A stretch of 64,000 nt of DNA, from positions 3,647,639 through 3,711,638 of the forward strand of contig NC_057752.1 in assembly GCF_004010195.1 (NCBI RefSeq), written 5' to 3'. The stretch comes from Chiloscyllium plagiosum. Lineage: Eukaryota. The notes below the pieces were generated by a model. The model had not been told where the DNA came from, searched no databases, and worked only from the letters and a program-made list of their open reading frames with translations. Each line of letters begins with the position of its first letter. Position 1 is the first letter of the stretch. Made by a program: the position numbers and the translations under genes. Below are positions 49,240 to 61,696 of this stretch, piece after piece.

Positions 49240-49392
49240 GCGATTATCCGCAAGGACACGGGCGGGAAGTATTTCATTCGGTTAATCGAATTCCGGAAAT
49301 CCGAATGCCGGATCACATAGTTGAGCCGAGCATTGGGACCTTGCGATCTTGTCGGATAAATCGATATTCAGGATAATCGAGGTTCCTCTGTA
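49240..49392. mobile_element. Tc1/mariner (Tigger/pogo-like) MITE end
   Basis: Ends GGATAATCGAGGTTCCTCTG-TA, resembling a pogo/Tigger TIR plus TA target; internal CGGATAA-like repeats; the left TIR was not found. Confidence 0.55.
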
Positions 49393-49985
49393 TCTCCCAT
49401 CATTTCAGGCAGAGCTTGGAGAGAAAGAGTTATCTCCATCGTGTCTTACCCAACATTTTAGCAGTGGCCTTTTATTTTGTTTTTTTTTCAGTTCCCTTGA
49501 ATTGGGTGTAGCTGTTTTCACAGTTCTAAACGTTCCTGTATCTCTCTGTCAGTTGCTGTGATTTTTTTTTTCTCTCTAGCTCTTCAACAATTAATATCAG
49601 TTCCACCTCTGACACCTCGCTCTGTGCTCACAAGCCAGCAGTCTGATCTGTACTCTGACTTTATTGAAACGTTTCACAAGATGGCTGCCTCCAATGTGTG
49701 CCTCAGACAGGAGATCACATGGGTATAGAAGACCAGGATGGAATTTTGTACACGACTGTGTTCTGATCCAAAGAGCTTTGGTCTTAAAGAATGACACGAT
49801 TGCATTCGGAGCAGTTCAGAGATCGTTTACTCAACTGATTCCTCAGATGAGTGAGTTAGATTCTGAGGAAAGGTTTCACAGGTTGGGTCTGCATCCATTG
49901 GAAACAGGAAGACAGGTGATCTTATTGAAACATGTAAGATTCTGAGGGGACTCAATAGGGCAGTTGGTGAAAGGATGTTTTCCCT

Positions 49986-50446
49986 GGATGTAGGTTTCTC
50001 GCTGAGCTGGAAGGTTCATTTCCAGATGTTTCATCACCATGCTAGGTAACATCTTCAGTGGGCCTCAGGTGAAGCACTGCTGAAAATTCCTGCTCTCTAT
50101 TTATATGTTTGGGTTTCTTTGGGTTGGTGATGTCATTTCTTGTGGTGATGTTATTTCCTGTGGTGAAGTCACTTCCTGTTCTTTTCCTCAGAAGGTAGTA
50201 GATGGGGTCTAACTCCCTGAGAAAAAGAACAGGTAGTGACTTCACCACAGGAAATAACATCACCAATCCAAAGAAACTCAAACATATAAATAGAAAGCAG
50301 GAATTTTCAGCAGTGCTTCGCCTGAGGCCCACTGAAGATATTACCGTGTAAGGTGATGAAACATCTGGAAATGAACCTTCCAGCTCAGCGAGAAACCTAC
50401 ATCCAAAACCTCAACCCGAGCTACAAATCTTCTCAAAACTCGCTAA
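49986..50446. mobile_element. Penelope-like fold-back insertion (family P3) with hammerhead-like cores in both arms
   Basis: ~190-bp inverted arms; 12-bp TSD GATGTTTTCCCT at 49974-49985 and 50447-50458; cores CCA-CUGAAGA-U-(G/A)UUACC..GGUGAU-GAAAC-AUC-UGG at 50022-50061 (-) and 50329-50368 (+). Confidence 0.85.
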
Positions 50447-51200
50447 GATGTTTTCCCTCTTCTGAGAGACAAGAGCCAGGGGAGACGTCGATACATCGAA
50501 ATATAGAAAATACAAGCAAAAGATGGTGGTTCGACCCATCAGTATTCCATTCAATATGACCATGGCTTACAGGGGTTGGTCTTTTGCTAACTATCTTTTT
50601 CTTTCTTAAATATAGTCAGCGACTTGGCCTACTCAGCCTTCTGTGGTACAGAATTCCACAGGCTCATCACTGCTTCACATTTTAGCTTTGTTTTGTTTAC
50701 TACTTTGTACCTGAGCTTTTTGTACTTAGGTATCTTTGTACCTGAGATGGTGCCTTGTGTAACGACATTCACCCTACTTGAGTACACATGACAATAAAAT
50801 CTGTGATTGAAGAAATTTCTCCTAATCTCAGTCCAAAATGGCCGACAAAAGTCCTGAGACTGTGTCCCTTTGTTCTGGAAAGCCAACCAGGGGAAACATC
50901 ACTCCAGCATCCAGTCCGTCTCTCTTTTTTCAAAGTGATTCTGAAATAACACGCGGTGAACTTGTTTTTCCTTTTGAAGTGGGCAACCTCATGTATATCC
51001 ACATTGTATTGCCTGTGCCATGCATTTCCTCACTCACTTGACTTGTCTTGAAGTCACATTACGTCCTCCTCACTAACCACAATCCCACTCAGTTTTGTAT
51101 CGTCAGCAAATTTGGAAATATCGTTTCTTCATGCAGATTGTTGATATGTTGAGGGAGTAGCTGGGGTCAAACATGATAAGAGGTATCCCATTGAAGATGG

Positions 51201-52417
51201 TGTCACACAGCTGGTCCCTTTTCTTTTCGAAAAGCTGTTCGTTTTCTCAAGGATACTGTGTCCTTTATTTTTTTTTCAGATGGGTTGTAAAAAGCCCCTG
51301 GCTCCGATCAGGCTGGTTTGGTACAGAGATGAAAAGGACTTTGAGAGACCTTTTGTTTATATGTAAACAGATGAGACTTCAGGCCAAAGTGGTCATGGTT
51401 TAGAAGTGACCTGTATAAAGCAAGGGGAGTGGTCAGCTCTCTAGATTAGATTAGATTACTTTACAGTGTGGAAACAGGCCCTTCGCCCCAACAAGTCCAC
51501 ACCGACCCGCCGAAGCGCAACCCACCCATACCCCTACATTTACCCCTTACCTAACACTATGGACAATTTAGCATGGCCAATTCACCTGACCTGCACATCT
51601 TTGGACTGGGAGGAAACTGGAGCACCCGGAGGAAACCCACGCAAACACGGGGAGAATGTGCAAACTCCACACAGTCAGTCGCCTGAGGCGGGAATTGAAC
51701 CCGGGTCTCTGGCACTGTGAGGCAGCAGTGCTAACCACTGTGCCACCGTGCCGCCCATTAGATTCCCTACAGTGTGGAAACAGGCCCTTCGGCCCAACAA
51801 GTCCACACCGACCATCCGAAGAATAACCCACCCAGACCCATTTCCCTCTGACTAATGCACCTAACACTATGGGCAATTTAGCATGGCCAATCCACCTGAC
51901 CTGCACATCTTTGGACTGTGGAAACGGGAGCACCCAAAGGAAACCCACCCGGACGCGGGGAGGATGTTCCACACAGACAGTTACCCAAGGCTGAAATCAA
52001 CCCCAGATCCCTGGCGCTATGAGGCTGCAGTGTTAACCACTGAGTCACCGTGCTGCTCTAGCTGAGCACTTCAGTCCAGAACTAGTTAGGAGTTCAGCTG
52101 GGTGGAAACAAGCTGCTAAAGTCTCTCTCTCCTTCTGCCCTTCTAACTTCACCCTGTAAGCATTTGTTCTATTATTACAGTGTTTGAAGGGGGTTTGATT
52201 ATTGGGATTGTTGTGCACATTCAGAACACCATAACTAAGTCTTTATTCTGTTCTTTGTGATTCATTGTGTAATTTTGTGAATAAAGTTTTGCCTATTTTA
52301 AAACGCTCACTCACTCCGGGTAATTTTCACTGTACACTTACTGATACAAATTGCAAAGTTATGGTCTGGGGCTGCCTGCTTAAGGACGTTTTGAGTGGTC
52401 TGGCCTAGTCCATAACA
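51201..52417 (+). mobile_element. Solo LTR (TG...CA) with 4-bp TSD, containing two HE1 SINEs
   Basis: TGTCAC...CATAACA; TSD ATGG at 51197-51200 and 52418-52421; same family as 4227-4856; inserted in a CR1 3' region. Confidence 0.85.
51445..52055 (-). mobile_element. Two tandem HE1 V-SINEs (51445-51757, 51757-52055)
   Basis: Two complete heads and tails; CTCTAG duplicated at 51439-51444 and 52056-52061. Confidence 0.9.
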
Positions 52418-52542
52418 ATGGAAGTGAGGAGAAATCTTTTCTCTCAGAGAGTCATGTGTCTATGAAACTCTCTCCCTTAGAGAGCAGTGGAGACAGAGTC
52501 ATTGGGTATTTTCATGGCTGTCATAGATAGATAGATTCTTGA

Positions 52543-52740
52543 TTAGAGTGGTGCTGGAAAAGCACAGCAGGTCAGGCAGCATCCGAGGAGCAGGAGAATC
52601 AACGTTTCGGGCAAAATGAAGGGCTTTTGCCCGAAACGTCGATTCTCCTGCTCCTCGGATGCTGCCTGACCTGCTGTGCTTTTCCAGCACCACTCTAATC
52701 TTGACTCTGATTTCCAGCATCTGCAGTCCTCACTTTTGCC
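52543..52740. mobile_element. Penelope-like fold-back insertion (P1)
   Basis: Inverted arms; TSD AT(A/C)GATAGATTCTTGA at 52527-52542 and 52741-52756; 5'-truncated core ATGAAGGGCTTTTGCCCGAAACGTCGATTC. Confidence 0.85.
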
Positions 52741-53102
52741 ATCGATAGATTCTTGACTAACAAGGGAGTGAAAGGGTATCGGGTTCAGGGGCAAAGTAGA
52801 TTTGAGACATAATCAAATCAACTGAGGTGCAGCAGTGCCTAAAGGCTGAATGGTTTCTCCCTGCTCTTCATTTGTATGTTCAAAAGTTTGCATGTTCATT
52901 AAGCCCCCTGCACCTCTCTGTTTCTTTTGGTGCTTCTGAAGGCCCAACATTTTGGTCATCCATCCTCATACCTTCGGACGGAGCCCGGTGTTAAACTCTG
53001 AGAGCCACTCCCTGTAAAGTGCCATCGGGGCGGTTTTGCTACGTTAAAGACATGTTATAAGTGCAAGTTGTTGTTGAACACAACTTTGTACCCTTCCACG
53101 TT

Positions 53103-53460
53103 GGGGAGGTGATGGCCCTAGTGGTATTATCGCTGCCCTGTTAATCCAAGGATCCAGGTAATGTTCTGAGGACCCAGGTTTGAATCCTGCCATGGCGGAC
53201 GATGGAATTTGAATTCAATTTTTTAAAAAAATCTCCAATTAAGAGTCAAATGATGACTGTGAAGCCATTGATGATTGTCAGAAAATCCCGCCTGGATCAA
53301 TAATGATCCTTTAGGGAAGGAATCTGCCATCCTTACCTGGTCTGGCCTACATGTGACTCCAGACCCACAGCAATGCGGTTGACTCTTAACCGCCCTCTGG
53401 GCAATTAGGGATGGGGGTAATAGATGCCAGCGATGCCCACATCCTGAAAATGAATTTTAA
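53103..53460 (+). mobile_element. tRNA-derived SINE family B, near full length
   Basis: GGGGAGGTGATGGCCCTAGTGGTATTAT..GGTTTGAATCC head; body and tail as in 1-300. Confidence 0.8.
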
Positions 53461-55271
53461 CAAACACCATTTTAAAAATGAATTTTAAAAAACACATGAT
53501 TTCCTCAGCATCCTTTGAAAACACATCAAAAGGATTGCAATGTCCTTTGGTTGCGTCTGTTTGCTTCTTGCTGTTAATATGTGTGTTTGATCTATGTTTC
53601 CTGATAACTCTAGAAAAGCTGGTCAGGTGGAACTACTGAACCCGGCAGAGCGAGGGAGCAGAAATATCACTCATTCTGCGACCCAAGGATTCTAATGATA
53701 TGTTTAACAAGAAACTCAGTCGTTGTGAAAGACATATATTATGAGTAAAAGCACAGAAAAACTGAATGGTTTGACGCCCTAACATTTCCTTAACAACTTG
53801 TGTTTGTTACATATGCAGTCATCTTGTTCCCTGAAGGAAAATCAATGAGTGTGCCTTGATGGCAACTACATTAAGAGTAATTTACTGCATGGCACTAATT
53901 AAGCAAGAATGTTGTGTAACTCAAAGCTTATTAGAGTGGTTCCTGGAAAGAAGTAACATTCTGACACACATTTATTTAAGTTGCTATGGGCAACTGAGCC
54001 ATTGACATGCTTCAATTTTGTTTTTCTTGCATCATACATCCTCCTGCTGCTGCAAGTGTGGGGGCCGTGGCAGTCGTGACCTTCTGAAGAACTGCCTTCA
54101 TGAACCGATTCCACTGGTGGCCAGCAGGTGGAACCATACAGATTGAATGCAATGCTTTTTGGCCCTCCCGAGCTACTCAAGTCAGATCACTTTACCATCA
54201 ACCGGACGATCGATACAAGTCCTAGCTGTGAAGACTGAATGTCAGGTGGGGAATGGGGGTTTGAGTTACATTTGCCCTATGACTTGAATTTGAAACCTCT
54301 GGTTGGAAGTCAAATACTCAGGTTAGGTTCACAGACAATCCGCAGATCAATGTGATTAGACACCAGTTCAGAAACCTGGCACTGGTTCCACTTGGAAGGT
54401 CAGGCCACTGGTGCCTTCAGTTATAGAGTGTACCGCTATGATAGTCCAGCTGACAGCTTTCCCTCTCGTATCTGTATTAAATAGTCCTCAATCTCACAGA
54501 AAGCACTGCACAATCTTAACTTGCTCACACAGTACTGTAATGGCTCACACACAATATTGTACGTTCCTCAATCTCTTGTCCAGTCCTGTGTAAGGGCTAA
54601 TCTCACAAACAGTGCTGTATTGTCATGGACACAGCGCTGCCTACTATTGAGTTTCAAGCGTACAATGCTGTCTGCTCCTGAACAGTATACATACCCTCCT
54701 GCATTTCACATAAACAGTATTGGATGCTCCTGTATTTCTCACACACAGTGCAATATTCTTTTGAATTTCACTCACAAACAAACTGACACACACAAACACA
54801 GATTACACAAGATAACAGCTCTGTAAGTGTTAATGCGGGAGACTACACCAAGCTCTGTCCAATAACAGAAAGACACATAGGAAATGGCAAAATACCTCAA
54901 AGATAACAGACCTGTTATACTAGGCTGACAAACAGTCTTTGTGGCAATGTATAACGTACTGATGTACTTAGCGCTTAATTGTTACCATGTCATATACTAC
55001 ATCTTGTTTAAGACAAGTTGCACTCCTTATTAAGGCTCTCTTATGATTTTCTTCCACCACTGTAAACCCAAGTAGGCCCTTTGAGTCATAATGAGGACAG
55101 TGCGAGCAAGCTCCCCAAACACAACTTGGTAGTGGCTGACATCACAGCACATACAACATGGCAGCAGGGGTGGACATCATCGCTGAATACCAAGAGGTAA
55201 CAACAATGTGAATTCCAGAGCAGAGAGTTCCAGTTAACGCAGGATCAGTACTGAAACATATCCAGCTTTTG

Positions 55272-55568
55272 GGGTGGCATGGTGGCTCTGTGGTTAGCGC
55301 TGCTACCTCACGGCACCAGGGACCTGGCTTCGATTCCAGCCTCGGGCGACTGTCTGCATAGGGTTTGCACATTCTCCCCATGTCTGCGTGGGTTTCCTCC
55401 CACAGTCCGAAGATGTGTAGGTAAGGGTGGATTGGCCCTGGGGAATTGTGCAGACTAGGTGAACTAGCCATGGGAAGTGCAGGGTTACAGGAATGGGGTG
55501 AGTCTGAGCAGGATGCTCTTTGGAGGGTAAGTGTGGACTTGATGGTCTGCTCCCACACTGTAGGGATA
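55272..55568 (+). mobile_element. HE1-type V-SINE
   Basis: GGTGGCATGGTGGCTCTGTGGTTAGCGCTGC...CCACACTGTAGGGAT. Confidence 0.85.
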
Positions 55569-56169
55569 CTGAGAGAATTGCAACGACTTTAACATGTTAA
55601 GACCGATCCATGACCGATGCAAACAAAGTCATGGAATGATCAACAAGGGAGAGGCAAGTGTTTAATAGTGAAGACCTTTACCTCAGACCTGGAAGGAGAA
55701 GCGCAGAAGTGAGTGTGAGCTCAAAAGTAGTCAAACCTAGCATGAGGAAATGAGAATCTGTGCGAACTGTTCCAATTAGAGGGTTCAGCTAGGAAGAGAA
55801 GAGGCATGGGGCTCCAGGGTAAAGTTAAGAAAATCCTATTGGGCAAGGGGAAAGCTTGAACTTAATGGTGCTGAGTAAGCTAGAAGGCAAAAGGGAGTAC
55901 GTACAGCTCACAATGATTATTACTGCCAGAGTGTGTTGACACCAAAAGGCACGGCTACAGAAGGGAAATCAAAGGCCACAGAAGTAATTCAACCAGACAT
56001 TGCAGCGTCTGAAATGTCAGAATTTATTTTAAAATCTTTTAAAAAACTTTAAAGTAAGAATAGAAGATGTAAGGAGCAAAGAGAATTCGCTTCGACTGTG
56101 TGGAACGCTGGTGAAATCGCGCTTTGAGGATTGTAGTGTTCGGATCCCCTTGCCTTCGGACGAATTGTC

Positions 56170-56535
56170 AACCAGGAGGAAGTGAGGGCGGCAGATGCTG
56201 GGATCAGAGTCGGAGCGTGTGGCGCTGGAAAAGCGCAGCAGGTCAGGCAGCATCTGAGTCTGGACAAAGTGGGGGGATTGGGAGGAGAAATTGTTGCGGG
56301 TGAGGACCAGTTCAGCCAAACGGATGAGAGCATCTATGGAAGGGTACTGGTTAGGTTGGCGTGAGAGGAAGAAACTGGGGGCTTTGAGGCCTTTGTCATA
56401 GTGGATGGATGTGTACAGGGACTGGATGTCCAGGGTGAAGATAAGGCACTGGGAGCCAGGGAAACGAAAGTCATGGAGGGCATGGGTGGTGTCCCGAACT
56501 GCCTGACTGGCTGTGCTTTTCCAGCACCACACTCT
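56170..56535 (-). mobile_element. Penelope-like RT fragment between inverted P1 terminal repeats
   Basis: VRDTTHALHDFRFPGSQCLIFTLDIQSLYTSI..ALIRLAELVLTRNNF, homologous to 62975-64000; P1 pLTR pieces on both sides in opposite orientation. Confidence 0.85.
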
Positions 56536-56949
56536 TTGGTTCGGATGAATACACTTGCCTTAAAGGGGAGCTTCACCAAACTAATTCCTAGGATTGTGAG
56601 ACCATCATAGGAGGAGAACTTGCAGCGAGTGGGCCTATATTCTCTGAAATTCGACAAAAAATTGGAAGACAATCTCATTGAAGCTTACAAAATTCTTAAC
56701 AGGGTAGATTGACAAAAGGGTGTTTCTCCTGGCTCGGGGTGGGGGTGTCTAGAACCAGAGGACACAGTCGCAAGTTAAAAGGCAAGCCACTTAGGACAGC
56801 GATGAGGAGGAATGTCTTCACTCAGAGTGTGATGAATCTTTAGAATTTTCAACTATGGAAGCTTAATCATTAAACATGTTCAATACAGGCATTGACAGAT
56901 ACCTAGTTACTAATGATATCAATGGATATGGCGATAGTATCGTATTACG

Positions 56950-57604
56950 TGTTATGGACCAAACCAAACCCCCTCAAAATATTTTAAGAAGGTAGCCCAC
57001 ACCCTAACTTGTTCTTATTATCAAGGCAAATGCAAAGGGTCTGTTCCAGATGCAATGCGACTGATCAAACTACTCAATGTTAAGCAAGACATACTCTATT
57101 TAAACACTGTTGTTAAAATACAACCAAACAAAGAGGAACTTAGAATAACTTAACTCTATTGGAAAACTTAACAGAATAATAGATACAGTAACTAATTACT
57201 AATTAACTGTTCCAATGCAGTAACACCCCATAAACAACAGCCCCTTGGCACAAAGGCAAATGCAGATACAGATTCTCACATGCAGTTCTCCAATCCAGGA
57301 GGAAAATAGCATCAAGAGAAAATTCAGAGCGAGTAGCAGCTAGGAGACATTCACTGAAGCTTCCAACTCTGTTGAGACCCCAAGAACTTATGCTTAAAGC
57401 TCAACCTAAAAGCTATAAACAAACTGAGAAGGCCTGGTCTGTGAGAGTAGGCCGCACCCAGTCTGCTTCCATTGTTCTAATTTTAGCAAAAGAAAACCCA
57501 AGCTGTTTGCTCAAGGGGTCTTCAGTTGTGGTACCTCCACCTTACAACCTCTCTTCCAAATAAAAACCAGGACAAAACAACCTCTTGAAAGGCACAGCAT
57601 TGTT
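56950..57604 (-). mobile_element. LTR-like element related to the 4227/51201 LTR family
   Basis: Begins TGTTATGGACC, the reverse complement of a ..GTCCATAACA terminus; interrupts a CR1 3' fragment (56535-56940 / 57605-57700). Confidence 0.55.
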
Positions 57605-57769
57605 GGATATGACATTGAGGTAGATGATCAGCTATGGTCTGGAACGACACGGAAGGGTCAATGGACTGAATAGCTTACTCTTGCTCCCATGCTCCTAAGA
57701 ATAAACAAGCAAATGAGGAAGAAATGGCAGGAAAAATAATATTTCCAGGCAGATTTAATTTCAGAGATG

Positions 57770-58420
57770 GGACAAATGGAGTGTAGGATTGAACATCTTG
57801 GAGAAAACAGTTCTTTAGATACTGAAGTGTTTCCAAGCTAGACATTAAATCAGAGGCTGAACAAGTGAATACACCATTGTATTCAATAGGACTTCCAGCT
57901 GATAATGTTTTAAGTTGTGAAGGTAAAAATAAATGCACAGATCATTCTGATGAAGTTTGACAAGCTTTTGACAATTACGTTAACCTGAGAACAAAGAATA
58001 TTCTTGGAAGAGCAACAATTAACAGCGGAGTTCAACATCTAGAGGAATTCAGAGATAAGTTCATTAATGATCTCAATAGATCCGTGGAAAATTGTGATGC
58101 TGGAGCTTTGAAATCAGAATTTATAAGAGACAGCATTGTTCGAATTAGTAATGAGTTTTTGTCAGATTTATGACAGCTCCGAGAAGATTGATTTTGGAGA
58201 AGGCGACTGACATTGTGCTGGAATGAAAAAAAAACAGGAAGGATCAGAGATATCCTCAAAGGAGAGCAACAGAACCCATTCAGGTTGCAGTGTGTAAAAC
58301 CCCTAAAGAGACACATGACAAACCAACGCAAAGACGAAGTCAGATATCAGATACTAAGAGTCAGTGTCAGCAATATAGAATAAACAAACCTCACAGGCAC
58401 AAGCAGTGTCCAGCTGATAA
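57770..58420 (+). mobile_element. Gypsy-type gag relic
   Basis: SKLDIKSEAEQVNTPLYSIG..FDNYVNLRTKNILGRATINSGVQHLEEFRDKFINDLNRSVENCDAGALKSEFIRDSIV, with stops. Confidence 0.65.
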
Positions 58421-58936
58421 AAAGAAGGCTATAATCAACTGTTATGAAGATTCATGATATAATATTGCTGTTTGGAAACTTGGGTTAAAAATGGTCAGAT
58501 TTTGATGTGTATTTATATATTGTGTGCGTTAAGAAAGGGAGACATAGTTTTAGTTTTTTTAAATTCTGGGATTGGTGAAGGGCTATTTGGAGATTTGTTT
58601 GGACGCAATTAAATGAGACTTTTCAAAACATTTGGAAGTGAATACTGAATGTTTTAGAAACAAGGTGAGAAGAGATATTTTGGGTTGTTAACTAGCAACA
58701 TTGTGTGTTAGGGAAGGGAAGCACAGTCAGAAACAAGTTCTTCCGAAAGACAGAACAATTCAGAAGGTCACAGGATGTGCAAGTTTCTTTCAGAGACAGA
58801 AGCAGAGCACTGCAAGAGAAGACACCTGTGATATCAACGGCGTGGTTTCACAATCTGCAAAAATGTCTGGCAGAAGGAAACAAGGTGAGAGTACATAAAT
58901 GTCAGTAATAGAAAAGCTAAAATAAAGCTGCAGGGA

Positions 58937-59118
58937 TTGGACCCAATATACTGGCCACTGCGGCAGACAGCTAAAACTGACAACCGGAAGCGGCAGAGAC
59001 AAACCACTATAAATGCCGGAGCAAACATCACAGAAGCGCTTCACAGGAGGCTCCCAAGCACTGAGGATGTCACCTAGACAGCGGACGAAATGTCTGCAAC
59101 ACAAATTCCCAGCTTGGT
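58937..59118 (+). mobile_element. Penelope-like 3' end (family P4) with hammerhead motif
   Basis: ..LDPIYWPL ORF end, then GCA-CUGAGGA-U-GUCAC(CUAGACA)GCGGAC-GAAAU-GUC-UGC at 59058-59097. Confidence 0.7.
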
Positions 59119-59261
59119 TAGGGAAAGGCAGAACATTTTAGGATCTCAAAGAGAACTTAACTATTATCCTAGGTCTCCAAACTGTCCTTGTGGCAAAGTC
59201 TAACTTACTATTGAACCCGATGACTATCAGGAAACAAACTTTATCGTTCTTTTTTGGCTTA

Positions 59262-59372
59262 TGTGCTGAAACGCTGATTCTCCTGCTCCTCAGATGCTGC
59301 CTGACCGGCTGTGCTTTTCCAGCACCGCATGCTTCGACTCTGATCTTCAGCATCTGCAGTCCTCACTTTCTT
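59262..59372 (+). mobile_element. P1 Penelope terminal-repeat fragment
   Basis: GAAACGCTGATTCTCCTGCTCCTCAGATGCTGCCTGACC...ATCTGCAGTCCTCACTTT. Confidence 0.75.
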
Positions 59373-59611
59373 CTAGTCACGATAAACTTTATCTTGTTGA
59401 ATTATAAGAACGTCCTCTCATTAAGACTCATTAGTAGCTTTCCTCTACGACGGTAAACCAATCAGGCGATAGATCAAATCAAGGAAAGGAGGTAGTGACA
59501 GCACACAACTCGATCACAACACCTCCAACTCAGTACTGTATACTCCTGAATTTGATATGCACAATTCCTAAGTGTGCTGTATACTCCTGAATCTTCCACG
59601 CACAGTGTTAT

Positions 59612-60692
59612 CCAGTGGTGTCCTTCAGGGATCAGTGTTGGGACCACAATTATTCACAATGTACATAGATAATTTGGGAGTTGGGAACCACGTGTAGGGT
59701 GTCAAAGTCTGCAGAAGAAACTATAATAAGTGGCAGAGCAAAATATGCTGAGGACTGGGAAACTTTGAGATGGAATACAATGTTAAGAAATGTAAAATCG
59801 TCCATTTTGGTAGGAGTAACAGGAAAAAGGATTATTACTTGAATGGTAAAAAGTTGCAGCATGAATCACAGANNNNNNNNNNNNNNNNNNNNNNNNNNNN
59901 NNNNNNNNNNNNNNNNNNNNNNNNNNNNNNNNNNNNNNNNNNNNNNNNNNNNNNNNNNNNNNNNNNNNNNNNNNNNNNNNNNNNNNNNNNNNNNNNNNNN
60001 NNNNNNNNNNNNNNNNNNNNNNNNNNNNNNNNNNNNNNNNNNNNNNNNNNNNNNNNNNNNNNNNNNNNNNNNNNNNNNNNNNNNNNNNNNNNNNNNNNNN
60101 NNNNNNNNNNNNNNNNNNNNNNNNNNNNNNNNNNNNNNNNNNNNNNNNNNNNNNNNNNNNNNNNNNNNNNNNNNNNNNNNNNNNNNNNNNNNNNNNNNNN
60201 NNNNNNNNNNNNNNNNNNNNNNNNNNNNNNNNNNNNNNNNNNNNNNNNNNNNNNNNNNNNNNNNNNNNNNNNNNNNNNNNNNNNNNNNNNNNNNNNNNNN
60301 NNNNNNNNNNNNNNNNNNNNNNNNNNNNNNNNNNNNNNNNNNNNNNNNNNNNNNNNNNNNNNNNNNNNNNNNTTAATGGTTGATGTCTTTTCGCTCGGAT
60401 GGGGGATTCAAGACTGGGGGGGGCACATTGTTAAGGTGAGAGGAGAGAGGTTTAAAAAAGACATGAGGGACAATTTTTTAACACAGAGGGTGGTTCACGT
60501 GTGGAATGAACTGTAAGAGGGAGTGCTGGATGGGGGTACAGTTACAACGTTTAAAAGACACTTAGATAACTAAATGAAGACAAAAGATTTGGAGGGACAT
60601 GGGCCAGGAGCAGGCAGGTGGGACTAGGTTAGTTTGGGATTGTGGACTGGTTGGACTGAGGGGTCTGTTTCTGAGCTGTGTGACTCTACAAC
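59612..60692 (+). mobile_element. CR1/HER1 fragments flanking the assembly gap
   Basis: SGVLQGSVLGPQLFTMYIDNL..MEYNVKKCKIVHFG before the gap; KVRGERFKKDMRDNFLTQRVVHVWNEL plus tail after it. Confidence 0.75.
59873..60372. other. Assembly gap (500 N)
   Basis: N characters. Confidence 1.
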
Positions 60693-61696
60693 TCTCAGAG
60701 CAGAGGAATTCTCCCCCTTGTGTTCTGCATGGTAGTTATCCCGTCATAAGCATCCTTATTACGAATGGTCCTCATTGCTGCTTGTGAGAGCTCTGTGTGT
60801 ACAAATTGGCCGCTGTGTTGCAACAATTATGACACCTCAGACGTATTTCATTCACGGTAAAGCATTTTAGGAGGATGAAAGGCACTATAGATGTTTTTCT
60901 TTGTATTTTTTTCTTCATTTTCCTCAGGGTTACACTGTAGGCAAAGCTCATGGGCCTAATAACCCTCCCTTGCTTCACTCATGTCGTAATTTTGTCGCTT
61001 AACCTTATTGGTGAACTGTTGTACTTTGGAAGGAAGTGAGTTAGAATCAACCCTTGTGTCACCTGGATACAAACGGAGCATCAAAAACTGTGATTTCTTA
61101 CCTCCTTTAGTCCAGGGATATTAGTTATCATATCCCAATTGTTACTCTGGGTGCCTTGATCATAGATCCTAGAATTTACATTAAGGGGGCCATTCGACCC
61201 ATCATTTCTGTACTGGTTCCCGAAAGAATAACCCAGCTAATCTCACTCTCCAGCCTCATGTCTATCGCCTTTTATATTCATCCCTTTCAAATATCTCTCC
61301 AGCTCTCTTTTGAAACCTCTGATGGAATCCCCCTCCACCACTCTCCCAGGCAGCACATTCCAATTCCTAACAACTCTGCGTAAAGATGCTTCTCCTCATC
61401 TCATTCCTAACTCTACTGCTGACAATCTTGAAATTCTGACCCCTAGTTACTACTGGCAACAGAATATCCTTCTTTCCCCTGGCAAAATTGGTAGCAATTT
61501 TGAAAACCTCAATAAGGTCACCTCTTAATCTTCTCTGTCCAATTTCTCTAACCTTCCCTTGTATCTGAAATCCCTCATTCCTGGTATCATTCTAGTAAAT
61601 CTCCTTTGCCCTCTCTTCAGTGGTTCAACACCTTTCCTTAAAGAAGGTGCCCAGAACTGAACACAATGCTCCAAATGAAACACAAGATTGTGTTAG

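Larger units (their letters stand above)
46588..49755 (-). mobile_element. Internally deleted Gypsy/Ty3 LTR retrotransposon inserted in a CR1 LINE
   Basis: 5' LTR ~49617-49755 and 3' LTR 46588-47168 share TCTGTGCTCACAA..TTTATT..AAGATGGCTG. PBS-like AGGTGTCAGAGGTGG (~49603-49617); gag relic SIDPYVASLTQLAEPYEFGELQDNLFKDQIVLG; pol end RPASLKDYV; PPT AGAAAGGGGGT at 47169-47179. The CR1 (LLQLYRAFVRPHLEYC..) resumes after ~49755. Confidence 0.75.

Noticed and set aside
54490..54830. Loosely periodic CACACAGT..TGTA..CTCCT sequence (similar at 59530-59610)
   Set aside because: Too degenerate to define a unit by eye; probably a decayed simple satellite.
59770..60516. Long ORFs spanning 59770-60516
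   Set aside because: Artefacts of the 500-N gap joining CR1 fragments.
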